From positions 11,688-75,687 of the IMG/VR virus record IMGVR_UViG_2974767555_000001: a stretch of DNA of 64,000 nt; one strand, written 5' to 3'. Made by a program: the position numbers and the translations under genes. The notes below the pieces were generated by a model. That model did no database searches, had not been told where the DNA came from, and was given only the letters and a program-made list of their open reading frames with translations. This document shows, piece after piece, positions 46,167-55,579 of the stretch (its first letter is position 1; the number at the start of each line of letters is the position of its first letter). Source of the DNA: a virus. Its lineage: Duplodnaviria; Caudoviricetes.

Positions 46167-47188
46167 CCGAGGACCACCACCGGTGCCGGTCGGCCGGCAA
46201 CTGCGTCAACGCCGACACCAAGGGCACCGACGAAGAGGGACGGACGATTCGGCGCGGCGCGCTGGTCGTGGACGGGCTGCTGTGCGACGGGTGCCTGCTG
46301 CGGGTCCAGCGGTCGGTGCGCTACATGGCCAAGGACTGGCTGCGTCTGCGTAACCACCTGGGCCACCGGGCAACCAGCGACACCGACAAGGTGGGTGGGA
46401 CACGCACGCCGGGGATTCCGCTAAACACGCAGGTCGAGGCACTGATGTCGCGGATGGTCGAGCTGGCCGAGCACGCCTGCGCGATGGTCGGCAAACCCGT
46501 TGGTGCATCACGTGGCCGCAGCGAGCAGCGCGACGCCCAGGTGATCAACCATGCCGCCCAGTACCTGACGCCCCGGGTCGGGCGACTGCTGGAGGTGCCG
46601 CCGACCGAGCTGCTGGTGTGGGCACCGATCCCTGACGGCGACAGCGGGTGGGATGACAAGGGGGGCCAGCCCCGCGAACGGGTCGAGATGTCGGGCCTAG
46701 ACATCGCCGCCCAGATCGTCCGTGCAAACCGGCGCGTCGGCCAGCTTCTGGGCAAAGACCGGCTTCGACATCACTACGCACTTCCGTGCCCCGCGATGGA
46801 CGCGCGTGGCCGGTACTGCGGGGCAATGACAGTGGGCCGCGACGACGGTGAGGCCCGGGTCAACTGCACCACGTGCGGCGCGTCATGGACTGACGCCGAG
46901 TACGAGTTTCTGTCCGGTCTGGTGTTGGACGAAATCAAGTTACGGGAGGAAAACGACATGCTGCGATACCTACTGGCAGAGGCGTATTGGCGTCTCGACA
47001 CCTTGCAGCTCCGCGCTGATGCGCTGGCTGAGCAGTGGGAGGCACTGGTCGCACTGCTGGAGGCAGACCCCACCAAAGCGGTCGAGGTCGCCGGTCTGAT
47101 CCGCGAACAGTTGACCGAGGTGCTGACCCTCGGCGACCAGCCGCACCCGGCCCCGGCTGACCGGGTGCCAGCAACGAGGTCAGCATGA
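46163..47188 (+). CDS. Zn-binding protein, possible late transcriptional regulator
   Basis: LCDGC...PGIPLN...PCP...CG...VNCTTCG pattern; position near the end of the replication module. Confidence 0.65.
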   Translation: MTEDHHRCRSAGNCVNADTKGTDEEGRTIRRGALVVDGLLCDGCLLRVQRSVRYMAKDWLRLRNHLGHRATSDTDKVGGTRTPGIPLNTQVEALMSRMVELAEHACAMVGKPVGASRGRSEQRDAQVINHAAQYLTPRVGRLLEVPPTELLVWAPIPDGDSGWDDKGGQPRERVEMSGLDIAAQIVRANRRVGQLLGKDRLRHHYALPCPAMDARGRYCGAMTVGRDDGEARVNCTTCGASWTDAEYEFLSGLVLDEIKLREENDMLRYLLAEAYWRLDTLQLRADALAEQWEALVALLEADPTKAVEVAGLIREQLTEVLTLGDQPHPAPADRVPATRSA

Positions 47189-47406
47189 GTGACAACGCAT
47201 TCGACGCCCGGTACTCCGGGGTGTGCGGGGCGTGTGGCGAGCGCTACCGGTTGGGCACCCTGATCCGGTACACCGAGGACGACGGATACATCCATGCCCC
47301 AACGTGTCCCGAACCGGAGACCGAAGACGAACCCGACCTGTCGTGTGAGGGCCACGGTCACCTGTGCCCCTACTGCCAGACCTATCACCGAGGGGAGTGC
47401 TGGTGA
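47185..47406 (+). CDS. Small Cys-rich protein
   Basis: ARYSGVCGACG...H..C; CPYCQTYHRGEC. Confidence 0.7.
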   Translation: MSDNAFDARYSGVCGACGERYRLGTLIRYTEDDGYIHAPTCPEPETEDEPDLSCEGHGHLCPYCQTYHRGECW

Positions 47407-47651
47407 TGGACGTTTACGTGGTGCTCTACCTGGGGCCGCTGACACCTCACGTGGTGGGGGTAAGCGCCAAACTTCAAGGGGCCGAACTGATCCGCGCTAA
47501 CGTGGCAACCAAGCGGGCCGACGATGACTACCTGTGGCACCAACACGGTCGCAGTGACGTGGTGGACCGCGACACCGCGCTGTGGCGCAACTGCTACCGC
47601 GCCGCCTACGACCACATGACGGTCAGCAACCACGACCTGAAGGACGACTGA
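47406..47651 (+). CDS. Hypothetical protein
   Basis: TGATG coupling. Confidence 0.55.
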   Translation: MDVYVVLYLGPLTPHVVGVSAKLQGAELIRANVATKRADDDYLWHQHGRSDVVDRDTALWRNCYRAAYDHMTVSNHDLKDD

Positions 47652-47914
47652 TGCGGCCAAACAGGATTCACTACGTGCGTGACGGTCAGGTGACCCCGGT
47701 TGAGCTGACCCCGATGACCGACCCGCCTGACGACGGCCTCGAGCATTGGGTGTCGAGCACCGACCTGCTCAAGGGCGACCAGTTACGCATCGAGCAACTG
47801 ACCAAGGACACGGCGATCCACTTCCAGGGGTGCATCATCGTGTACGCCAACGGTGCCGTGTTCATGACCGGCCAGAAGGGCAGCATCGACATCATCGGCG
47901 GGAGCGACCAGTGA
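47651..47914 (+). CDS. Hypothetical protein
   Basis: Coupled overlaps. Confidence 0.55.
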   Translation: MRPNRIHYVRDGQVTPVELTPMTDPPDDGLEHWVSSTDLLKGDQLRIEQLTKDTAIHFQGCIIVYANGAVFMTGQKGSIDIIGGSDQ

Positions 47915-48198
47915 CCGCCAAGGGGCAGCACCGGTCACGCAGGCGCGGGTGGCGGTACCGGGGGGTCCACCACACCAGGCGCGGCGCGCTGACCGTCGCC
48001 GACATCAAGAACTCGTTGCGGCCCAACGACGGCCAGATGATCCACCTGGGGTCGGTCATCAAGAACGTGACGTTCTTTGGTCTGCCACCCGACGCCGACC
48101 CGAGCATGGTCGAGGCGACTCTGACCCTGGTGGGTGACGAGCCGACGCTGACCATCGCCGCGCTGACGGGACCGCCCGGGCCGGGGGCGGGGTCGTGA
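47911..48198 (+). CDS. Hypothetical protein
   Basis: GTGA coupling on both sides. Confidence 0.55.
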   Translation: MTAKGQHRSRRRGWRYRGVHHTRRGALTVADIKNSLRPNDGQMIHLGSVIKNVTFFGLPPDADPSMVEATLTLVGDEPTLTIAALTGPPGPGAGS

Positions 48199-48617
48199 TC
48201 CGCGTGCTGGTGATCGCTGCTGCCGCAATGCTGGCCGCCACCCCGACCGCGCACGCCAGCCCCGTCAGGCCCGACACTGCCCGGGTGGAGCGCTACGTGC
48301 GCGCCCACTACCCGGAGGTCGGGACCATCGGCACCGTTCGCTCCGACCGGCTGCCCGACCACCCGTCAGGACGTGCCTGTGACCTGATGGTGCCCGGGTG
48401 GGACACCCCGGAGGGCAAGGCGCTGGGTGACCGTATGGCTGATGACCTGCTGGCCAACGCTGGCCCGCTGGGGATCAAGTACGTGATCTGGAGGCAGGAG
48501 TACCGGACCCCTGGTGGTGTGCGTCGGCGAATGGCCAACCGGGGCAACGCCACCCAGAACCATTACAACCACGTCCACGTCACCACCTGGGGCGACCAGG
48601 GAACGGAGGCGCTGTGA
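48195..48617 (+). CDS. Secreted putative Zn-peptidase (LAS/M15-like peptidoglycan hydrolase fold)
   Basis: Signal peptide ending AHA; DHPSGRACD and NHYNHVH metal-ligand motifs; YVIWRQ. Confidence 0.7.
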   Translation: MIRVLVIAAAAMLAATPTAHASPVRPDTARVERYVRAHYPEVGTIGTVRSDRLPDHPSGRACDLMVPGWDTPEGKALGDRMADDLLANAGPLGIKYVIWRQEYRTPGGVRRRMANRGNATQNHYNHVHVTTWGDQGTEAL

Positions 48618-49135
48618 TGCCGGTTATCCCGCCGCTGTGCCTGCCGCGCCCAACCAAGCGGCCCCGCGATGACGGCGCGTGGCGCATCGGGGAACCGTGG
48701 GACCCGTTCGCTTGGGTGCCTGACAACTTCCGTTGGTGGCGTAAGCATCTGGCCGACTCCGACCGGGTGGTGTACCAGCTGACCGACGACAACCAGGCCG
48801 TACACCTGTGGGTGGAGCTGGGCGACGGGCGTAGGGTGCCAATCCCTTCCACGCTGCACGCCCGCGCCCGGGTGATCACCACCCACCTGACACCCACGTG
48901 GGAGTACGCCGACCGGATGATCGGCAGCGCGCGCCTGGCCGTCGATCTGCTGACCAACTACCCGCCGCACCAACTGATCCCGTGGCGACCGCTGACCGAC
49001 CCGGGTGACCACAACCCGCCACCCGACGAGCGCGAGCAGAGCCACCGCTACGGGCCAACGTTCAACAGACACCAGGAGTCCACGTGGTTGCCGCCCAACC
49101 GACAGGACCTGGACCGCATCAGGTTCGGCCGCTGA
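48614..49135 (+). CDS. Hypothetical protein
   Basis: RBS GGAGG; 173 aa. Confidence 0.6.
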   Translation: MMPVIPPLCLPRPTKRPRDDGAWRIGEPWDPFAWVPDNFRWWRKHLADSDRVVYQLTDDNQAVHLWVELGDGRRVPIPSTLHARARVITTHLTPTWEYADRMIGSARLAVDLLTNYPPHQLIPWRPLTDPGDHNPPPDEREQSHRYGPTFNRHQESTWLPPNRQDLDRIRFGR

Positions 49136-49341
49136 TGGGGTGGTGGATCATCGGAGCGAAACACCTACTGCCGCAACAGGAAACGAGGAGCAATGACACT
49201 GTGGAATCGCCGTCGCTGGCGTCGCATCAGGGGGCCGAAGATCAGTCTCTGGGACGCCGACACGAACAGGGTCGCCGTGATGCATGACCCGTGGGTGGAG
49301 TCGTGGCCGTCGTGGGTCAAGCGGATGATTCGGAGGCTTTT

Positions 49342-49680
49342 GTGAGCACACTGGTCTACACCAGCGAGCGCCGCGAGCCGAAACCACGGCCCCGCAACGC
49401 ACGTGAAGCGATGAACCGTATCGCCGAGACCAAGGGGTGGGAGGTCACCCTGGGGATCAAGGAGTGCGGCCACCACTGGTCGATCTACCGCCGCGAGGAG
49501 TGGTCGATCAGGGTGGACTGGACGTTTGGCCAGCACGTCCGTTATGCGACACTGCGTTCCACGACCGACCGCCGCAAGGACCAGGAGTGCCCCACCCTGG
49601 CCGACAGGCAGCGCAGCCACAACGCCCGGTTCGCGTGGGTGGCCGACCTGCTGTACCGGCTGGGGGTGAGCAATGACTGA
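49342..49680 (+). CDS. Hypothetical protein
   Basis: RBS GGAGG before GTG 49342. Confidence 0.5.
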   Translation: MSTLVYTSERREPKPRPRNAREAMNRIAETKGWEVTLGIKECGHHWSIYRREEWSIRVDWTFGQHVRYATLRSTTDRRKDQECPTLADRQRSHNARFAWVADLLYRLGVSND

Positions 49681-50131
49681 GCCGCACGACCCGCTGTGGA
49701 ACGCAATGACTGCCGCTGACGGCGAGCCGGTCGAGCAGCCCAAGGTGTGGCGGTACCCGGGTGACACCGCCGAGGACAAGGCCAAACGTGTTGCGCTGTC
49801 GTACCGGCGACTGGCCGAGGCGCTCGACCCGGGCGCTGTCGCCCAGCTGGACCGCCAGTGGCAGGACCAGGGGGTGTACTGGACGGTGCCCTCCGATGAC
49901 CCCATCGACACCGACGCCTGGCTGACCGCTGGTGAGATGGTCACCCACCTCAAGCATCTGGTCGCGCTGAACGAACAGCAGATCAGGCAGATGGCCTACC
50001 GGAAACGCAAGGGCGGGGACGGAATCGTGGAGGACAAGGGGGCTGACGGTCGTCCCCGGTACAACGTCGGCGACCTGCTGGCCTACATGATGCGACAGCG
50101 GAATCGTCGGAGCGGCAGGGAATCAGCATGA
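49673..50131 (+). CDS. Hypothetical protein with C-terminal MerR-like HTH
   Basis: WLTAGEM...IRQMAYRK...GRPRYNVGDLL. Confidence 0.65.
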   Translation: MTEPHDPLWNAMTAADGEPVEQPKVWRYPGDTAEDKAKRVALSYRRLAEALDPGAVAQLDRQWQDQGVYWTVPSDDPIDTDAWLTAGEMVTHLKHLVALNEQQIRQMAYRKRKGGDGIVEDKGADGRPRYNVGDLLAYMMRQRNRRSGRESA

Positions 50132-51042
50132 CCGACGAGCAATGGGTACCAGACGAGGCGTGGCGGCGCACGTGGCAGACGGCAGCTCTGGCCGACCTGG
50201 ACCGCGAGGAACGAGCGATGGAGGAGATTCGCCAACGGGCCGGATCAACGGCCCCGCAGCGCAACCCGGAGCAGTCGGTCATCGACGCCATCGACGCGCT
50301 GGTGAACGAGTCGCTGGAGGCCGGTCCCCGCGACGATTACAACAAGCCGTACGCCGAGCGGTGCCCGCAGTGCGACGGTCCGTGGCACGGTCTGAAGCGC
50401 GGTGACTGCCCCGGGGCGACCGGTATCGAGGGACGCCCTGACGAGGACGCCAAGCGCGAGGGCGACGTGTTCGCGCCCGATTACGACAGCGGGTCGAACC
50501 CGTTGGCCAGCTACGCCGACCACATGGAGCGCTATGGGCGCGCGATGGGTTGGTTGACCAGCCCCCACCACGTGCCGCCCGACCAGCGTCCACCCCACGG
50601 GCCTGACCAGTACCCGTACCGGCAGCGGTTCGCCGTCCACGGTGACCGTGTGATCCACGTCGATTCCTTGCCCGGTCTGTCGCGCGAAGTGCAGGCCGCG
50701 CAATGGGATCGGGACGACATGACGATGCACGTGGTCACCCTCGACGTGGTGGAGATCAAGTGTCGGGTCACCCCCTGCCTGGAGTACCCGATCAGGAGCT
50801 ACGCCTGGACGTTTGAGGTGTACAGCAACTGCCGCGGCGAGACCCATCGGACAGCGCTGACCATGACCCGGGAGTTCCTTGTCTCCGTACCGGCGCGGAC
50901 ACCGGTCACGCGGGTTCCGTTGGTGCACCTGGGTGTAGACGGAGAGCTGCGCGTGATGGAAGGTGGAACGGTCGTGCTGGTTGTGCCGATGGGGGAGGTC
51001 CCGGACGTGGTGCTGGGGTTCCTCGGTCAGGCGGGGCGATGA
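50128..51042 (+). CDS. Hypothetical protein
   Basis: IDAIDALVNESL...CPQCDGPWHGL..GDCPG motif; coupled overlaps. Confidence 0.65.
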   Translation: MTDEQWVPDEAWRRTWQTAALADLDREERAMEEIRQRAGSTAPQRNPEQSVIDAIDALVNESLEAGPRDDYNKPYAERCPQCDGPWHGLKRGDCPGATGIEGRPDEDAKREGDVFAPDYDSGSNPLASYADHMERYGRAMGWLTSPHHVPPDQRPPHGPDQYPYRQRFAVHGDRVIHVDSLPGLSREVQAAQWDRDDMTMHVVTLDVVEIKCRVTPCLEYPIRSYAWTFEVYSNCRGETHRTALTMTREFLVSVPARTPVTRVPLVHLGVDGELRVMEGGTVVLVVPMGEVPDVVLGFLGQAGR

Positions 51043-51305
51043 AGCTGTCACGTCGGGAGCGTGAGGTGTTGCGCGCGCTGGCCAAGCAGACGACCTGGCC
51101 GGCCCGCACCACCACGGGGTGGATCGGCGCTGCGGCGCAACAGGATTGGGTACCGGACACGCGGAAGGTGTTGGCACGCCTAGCGGGCCTGGGGTTGGTC
51201 GAGGACCAGTCGGCGCGACACATCGCCCAGGTGGGGGGCCGGGTCACGATGGCCACCGGGTCCCGGTTCCAGATCACCGACCGGGGGCGCGAGGTGGTCG
51301 CATGA
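51039..51305 (+). CDS. Winged-helix hypothetical protein
   Basis: LSRREREVLRAL...LARLAGLGLVE...FQITDRGR. Confidence 0.65.
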   Translation: MKLSRREREVLRALAKQTTWPARTTTGWIGAAAQQDWVPDTRKVLARLAGLGLVEDQSARHIAQVGGRVTMATGSRFQITDRGREVVA

Positions 51306-51460
51306 GGTGCCCGTTCTGCGGTCAGTTCTCGCTGACGTTCGACTTGCTGCGACTCCAGTACACGTGCCATGTGTACGGGTCGGTGATCAACGTTGAGGTC
51401 ATGCCGGTCGGCGACCGGTCGTGCGACCCGGGTCGCCATCCATGCACGCTGGGCGTTTAG
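51302..51460 (+). CDS. Small hypothetical peptide
   Basis: MRCPFCG...; ATGA overlap. Confidence 0.4.
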   Translation: MRCPFCGQFSLTFDLLRLQYTCHVYGSVINVEVMPVGDRSCDPGRHPCTLGV

Positions 51461-51468
51461 GCAGTTCG

Positions 51469-51532
51469 TTGCGGGTGGGCCGTCTAGTGAGCTATAAAAG
51501 TGTCATCAGCGGGGCCGGTACCGACCAGCCCC
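51469..51532 (+). promoter_or_regulatory. Cassette promoter/operator/hairpin
   Basis: TTGCGG-N18-TATAAA; GTCTAG-TGAG-CTATAA at 51482-51497; hairpin at 51511-51532. Confidence 0.85.
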
Positions 51533-51552
51533 CAGGACCCCCGGAGGGAACG

Positions 51553-52287
51553 ATGACCACCATGACCGCCGCCACCACCAACGTCAAGTACCGTGGCCGC
51601 ACCTACCAGGTGACCAGCTACGTGGACCCCCACCCGGGTCGCAAGACGACCGACCGCGTGGACGACGGCCCGTGTGGGAAGTGCGGGGGGTCGGGTGTCT
51701 ACACGGGCCGGTCGGGTCTGAAGTGGGGCATCATGACCGGTCGCAAGGTCACCGTGAACACCTGGTGCTTTGAGTGCGACGGATCGGGCCGGTCGATCAC
51801 CACCGTCGCCCGCGCACGCCGCGCCGCCAAGATCGAAGCCGTGTGGCGCGAGTACGGCGAGCAGATCACCGCCGAGGAGGACGCAGCGCGCGAAATCGCA
51901 TACGCCGCCGACCGTTTGCGCCAGCAGATGGAAGCGTGGGACGAGGCCCACGCTGAGAACGAGCGCCGCGCCGGTCTGAACAACACCCTGATGGGCCAAC
52001 CCGGTGACAAGCTCAAGGACATCGAGGTGACCGTCGAGGTCGCCAAGACCGTCGAGGTGCCCGGGTTCCGCTACGGTACCGACCTGAAGAAGTTCGTGGT
52101 GTTGAAGACCGCAGATGGCCAGGTGGCCAAGGTGTTTGGTACCAGCGCCAGCCTGTGGAGCTTGGAGCGCGGTGACCGCGCGATCATCAAGAGCGCCACC
52201 GTCAAGGGTGAGGACGAGTGGAACGGTCAGGTCCAGACCACCCTGACCCGGGTCAAGGTCGAGCGCATCGACACCGACGAGGAGTGA
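51553..52287 (+). CDS. Protein with DnaJ-type Zn motifs and C-terminal OB-fold
   Basis: CGKCGGSG...CFECDGSG; C-terminal GDRAIIKSATVKG...QTTLTRVK. Confidence 0.8.
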   Translation: MTTMTAATTNVKYRGRTYQVTSYVDPHPGRKTTDRVDDGPCGKCGGSGVYTGRSGLKWGIMTGRKVTVNTWCFECDGSGRSITTVARARRAAKIEAVWREYGEQITAEEDAAREIAYAADRLRQQMEAWDEAHAENERRAGLNNTLMGQPGDKLKDIEVTVEVAKTVEVPGFRYGTDLKKFVVLKTADGQVAKVFGTSASLWSLERGDRAIIKSATVKGEDEWNGQVQTTLTRVKVERIDTDEE

Positions 52288-52298
52288 TCGCCAGCCAG

Positions 52299-52323
52299 CA
52301 ACCCCCGCCCAGCGCGGGGGTTG
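52299..52323 (+). terminator. Intrinsic terminator
   Basis: CAACCCCCGC-CCAGC-GCGGGGGTTG followed by TCT. Confidence 0.65.
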
Positions 52324-52461
52324 TCTGCTGTCTAGGGTCGGTCACCGTTGCACCGTGTGTGCCGCGCGCTGCACGCGCTGCTGCCGGGTCGGCGTCACCA
52401 GGTGGGGACCCCAGTGACCACTAACCGGCACAAGTCACGGCAGACGGCTTTGGCCTGGGTA

Positions 52462-52522
52462 TTGCGGCAGTCAGGTCTAGAGAGCTATAAACGACCCACC
52501 GGGGCAGGTGATCGACCAGCCC
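52462..52522 (+). promoter_or_regulatory. Cassette promoter/operator/hairpin
   Basis: TTGCGG-N18-TATAAA; GTCTAG-AGAG-CTATAA at 52475-52490; hairpin at 52501-52522. Confidence 0.85.
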
Positions 52523-52546
52523 ACGACCTGGAGGGGACCGCGCGCG

Positions 52547-52915
52547 ATGGACAAGCTGTCGATGAAGAAGGACGAGCTGAGCAACGCCTACTGGCACCAG
52601 GGCGAGCTGTACGCCTTCCGCGCTCGTCGGGTCGCACCGGCCAAGGTCAAGCGCAACGGGTGGGAGCTGGTGATCAAGCACGTGACCGTCACCGCTGGTG
52701 TACGGCACACCATCGGCCAGCCCGACATCGCCACCGTGTACGTGGACACCCTGACCGACGCCAAAATGATTGCGGCCCAGTTCCTCAAGATGGTGCCCGC
52801 CGACGAGGTGATCAGCACGTACCGCACCCAGGATGTCCTGGTCAGCGCCGAGGGGCAGGTGTACGACCAGATCAGCGCCGCCAACCTGGCCGAGATGGAA
52901 GCGAGGACCGCCTGA
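52547..52915 (+). CDS. Hypothetical protein
   Basis: Follows the cassette SD GGAGGGG. Confidence 0.75.
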   Translation: MDKLSMKKDELSNAYWHQGELYAFRARRVAPAKVKRNGWELVIKHVTVTAGVRHTIGQPDIATVYVDTLTDAKMIAAQFLKMVPADEVISTYRTQDVLVSAEGQVYDQISAANLAEMEARTA

Positions 52916-53023
52916 TGGCCGCCAACGCTTACCGCCGTCAGCGCCGACCGATCACGGACCTGCACGTGGTGACGGAGGTGGTCACCACCTGATATACCAA
53001 CGCACGCAACCGAACCAAATGAC

Positions 53024-53046
53024 GGGGCAGGCAACCGGCCAGCCCC
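53024..53046 (+). repeat. Cassette hairpin (compensatory GGC/GCC variant)
   Basis: GGGGC-A-GGC-AACCG-GCC-A-GCCCC upstream of the SD for 53071. Confidence 0.8.
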
Positions 53047-53070
53047 GAAACCTGATGAGAGGTAACGAGA

Positions 53071-53409
53071 GTGAAGCGCAAGATGATCACAGCGGCCCTG
53101 ATTGCGGCAGCGGCGATCCCGTTGGTGCCAGCCCCGACAGCATCGGCTGACCCGGGGTGCCGCACCGACCTGTGGGGGTTCCTGGCCAGCCAGCGCCGCC
53201 TGATCTGTGACGGCCCAATCCAACCCGATGGGTCATGGAAGCGGGTCCGTGTCATCTACACCCCGGCCCACCGTGTCCCCGTGTCGTGTGGCCGGTACAG
53301 CTGCTGGGGTGGGTACTGGGTCGATCAGTCGATCTGGTCGCAGGAGTCCTACCCGGTACGGCCCGAGACGGTTCTGCCCGACGAGCCGCCACACATCGAC
53401 GGGATCTGA
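53071..53409 (+). CDS. Secreted CDGP-domain protein
   Basis: Signal peptide ending ASA-DP; LICDGPIQPDGSWKR motif. Confidence 0.8.
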   Translation: MKRKMITAALIAAAAIPLVPAPTASADPGCRTDLWGFLASQRRLICDGPIQPDGSWKRVRVIYTPAHRVPVSCGRYSCWGGYWVDQSIWSQESYPVRPETVLPDEPPHIDGI

Positions 53410-53603
53410 TGATGGACATGGGAACTCGCGTAGCGGTCCACCCCGACACGGCAGCGGTCAAGGCCGGGTTGGGACCAACGGGAACCGTTGTCGCCGTGAG
53501 CCATCGGCTGGGCCGGGTAGCGGTACGCATGGACGGCAGCGACAGGGTGTTCCTGTACACCAGGTCCCTGGTCGTGCCGCTGGGTGTGGACGGTGCCGCA
53601 TGA
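53409..53603 (+). CDS. Small SH3-like hypothetical protein
   Basis: GTRVAV...GTVVAV...VAVRMD; coupled. Confidence 0.55.
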   Translation: MMDMGTRVAVHPDTAAVKAGLGPTGTVVAVSHRLGRVAVRMDGSDRVFLYTRSLVVPLGVDGAA

Positions 53604-53938
53604 TCACCGTAGAACCGGGCCGCGCAAAGGATCCGGCCCACGTCAAGAGCATCTGGATTCACCGACCCGACCACCTGCCCCAACTGGTCGGCGTGCTGGT
53701 CAAGAGGGTGGGCACGGGCGATGAGCGCACGGGGTGGACCATCGAGCTGACCCCGCAGCTCCAGGACCGGCTGACCGACCAGCAAAAGCTGCACCTCAAA
53801 CACGTCACGGGCCGATTCCCCAACCGAACAGAGGGGGAGCACGGGGCCGCTGTGGTGGTCGGGATGTTGCTGTCGTGGTGGATGGCCAACCAGCTGCCCC
53901 GCAACACATTCGACGACCTAGAAACGGCGGTGCGCTGA
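53600..53938 (+). CDS. Hypothetical protein
   Basis: ATGA/TGATG coupling. Confidence 0.6.
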   Translation: MITVEPGRAKDPAHVKSIWIHRPDHLPQLVGVLVKRVGTGDERTGWTIELTPQLQDRLTDQQKLHLKHVTGRFPNRTEGEHGAAVVVGMLLSWWMANQLPRNTFDDLETAVR

Positions 53939-54399
53939 TGACACTCGTAATCGAGATCGCCGCAACGGAAAAGCCGACCGTCAAGAAGGCCCAGGTGTTC
54001 CACCCCAGCTTCGGGGCCCACCGGGTGGCCAACGTGGTCCGCGACGACCAGGGGGTGTGGCAGTACCAGCCCCTGCCCCCGTGGCGCGACCAGCTCCACG
54101 ACTACCAGCGGGTGGCCATCGGCCACGTGATCCTGGGTGGCTGGGTCGCCCTGGAGGCGATGCGATCCGGCGCGGCAGCCGCGACGGGAATGGTTGTGGG
54201 GTGGTGGCTGTCGGGTCTGTTGCCGCGTGACGCCCTGGGCCACACCCGGTCGTACCTGATCGGGGGCCTGATCCCGAAATCGTTGGCCTGTACACACGGC
54301 CAGCACCAGGTGTGGTGCGACCAGTGCCACCCACCATTCGACATCAACGACGTAGAAGAAGAGGAGACGGACGCATGGCTGCACGACGACAGGGTGTGA
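53938..54399 (+). CDS. Hypothetical protein
   Basis: Coupled start; hydrophobic central segment. Confidence 0.55.
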   Translation: MTLVIEIAATEKPTVKKAQVFHPSFGAHRVANVVRDDQGVWQYQPLPPWRDQLHDYQRVAIGHVILGGWVALEAMRSGAAAATGMVVGWWLSGLLPRDALGHTRSYLIGGLIPKSLACTHGQHQVWCDQCHPPFDINDVEEEETDAWLHDDRV

Positions 54400-54773
54400 C
54401 CTGGGGGATCACGGTGGCCGCGCTGGTCACCGCGCTGGTGGGGTGCTCGGCCGCCGGCCAAACGCCCCAGGCCGCAACGACGGCCACCACCACGGTGACC
54501 ACCACGATGGCACGCGGGGCCATCAGCGATCAGGACCGGGTGTTTCTCAGCCAGCTACAGAGCGACCAGGAGGTGTGGGAGCGTGAGTTCAGCTTTGTGC
54601 CAAGGGATGTGCTGATCCAAGCGGGGGAGCGGACCTGCACCGCGATGAAGAGGAGCAAGACCGGCGCGCTACAGGAGGGCCTTGACGTGGGACTACACGT
54701 CGAAGCGGTAGCAGCGCTGATGCACGCCGCTGCCACAGCGTACTGCCCCGACCAGTTGACCGGGGTCCAGTAA
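54375..54773 (+). CDS. DUF732-like lipoprotein
   Basis: Lipobox LVGC, Thr-rich linker, DRVFLSQL...GERTC...YCPDQ. Confidence 0.75.
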   Translation: MAARRQGVTWGITVAALVTALVGCSAAGQTPQAATTATTTVTTTMARGAISDQDRVFLSQLQSDQEVWEREFSFVPRDVLIQAGERTCTAMKRSKTGALQEGLDVGLHVEAVAALMHAAATAYCPDQLTGVQ

Positions 54774-54786
54774 CCCACCCAGACCC

Positions 54787-54807
54787 GGGCAGGCATCAGG
54801 CCAGCCC
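54787..54807 (+). repeat. Cassette hairpin (GGC/GCC variant)
   Basis: GGGC-A-GGC-ATCAG-GCC-A-GCCC after the stop at 54773. Confidence 0.75.
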
Positions 54808-54830
54808 CCAATCCCGAAGGGGTAGAACCA

Positions 54831-55061
54831 ATGTCGATGATCACCATGACCATCTCCCGAAAGGTCGCCGCCACCATGACCCTGGATCAGAAGATCGCCC
54901 GGGTTCTGGGCGCTGGGGGGACGACCACCGTTGTCGATGGGGTGCCGCGCTGCACGTGTGGCTGGCGGGGACGGAAACGCAAGCAGGCGCTGGCCATTGC
55001 CGACGCGCTGACTCACGCCCAGATGGCGCGCTGCGCCCCTGCCACCCCGATGGTCCGATGA
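54831..55061 (+). CDS. Small CxCGW Zn-binding protein
   Basis: PRCTCGWRG...ALTHA; follows a cassette hairpin and SD. Confidence 0.7.
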   Translation: MSMITMTISRKVAATMTLDQKIARVLGAGGTTTVVDGVPRCTCGWRGRKRKQALAIADALTHAQMARCAPATPMVR

Positions 55062-55486
55062 CCGCGCGCCTGGGCCAGCACCAGCGCGCCCTGCTCCACG
55101 ACATGCGCCTGTACCGGGGCAACTACTGGGAGAGGCCCCGAACGGTAGGCAGCGCAAGGCGATTCACGCGCGACGACTGGCTTCTGATGCGCGGCCTGCA
55201 CATTCGCGGTCTGACCACCAGCACGTACCGGTACGCCATGCTGACCGACGAGGGTCGGCGGGTGGCCGACCAGATCATCGCCGAGGTGTGGGGCCGGGAC
55301 CCCATCGTGGTCGGGGACACCATCGTCCTGGTGATCCCTGACGGGCCACACCACTACCGGGTGCGCTGTGGCCAGCACGGGGTGGTCACCCGGGGGTTGA
55401 CCGAGGGGGCAGCGATCCTGGCGTCAGGTGGTCACGTCGCCGACCACCGCAGCGGGTTCGCCACCCCGCCTGCACTGGACATTTAA
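55058..55486 (+). CDS. Winged-helix hypothetical protein
   Basis: RGLHIRGLT...MLTDEGRR; ATGA overlap. Confidence 0.6.
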   Translation: MTARLGQHQRALLHDMRLYRGNYWERPRTVGSARRFTRDDWLLMRGLHIRGLTTSTYRYAMLTDEGRRVADQIIAEVWGRDPIVVGDTIVLVIPDGPHHYRVRCGQHGVVTRGLTEGAAILASGGHVADHRSGFATPPALDI

Positions 55487-55494
55487 ACTGCGTC

Positions 55495-55558
55495 TTGCGG
55501 CCATCGTGTCTAGTGGACTAGACCTTTAGTCAGAGCGGGGCAGGTACCAGACCAGCCC
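55495..55558 (+). promoter_or_regulatory. Cassette promoter/operator/hairpin
   Basis: TTGCGG-N18-TAGACC; perfect palindrome GTCTAG-TGGA-CTAGAC at 55508-55523; hairpin at 55537-55558. Confidence 0.85.
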
Positions 55559-55579
55559 ACCGACCCGAAGGGGACCACC

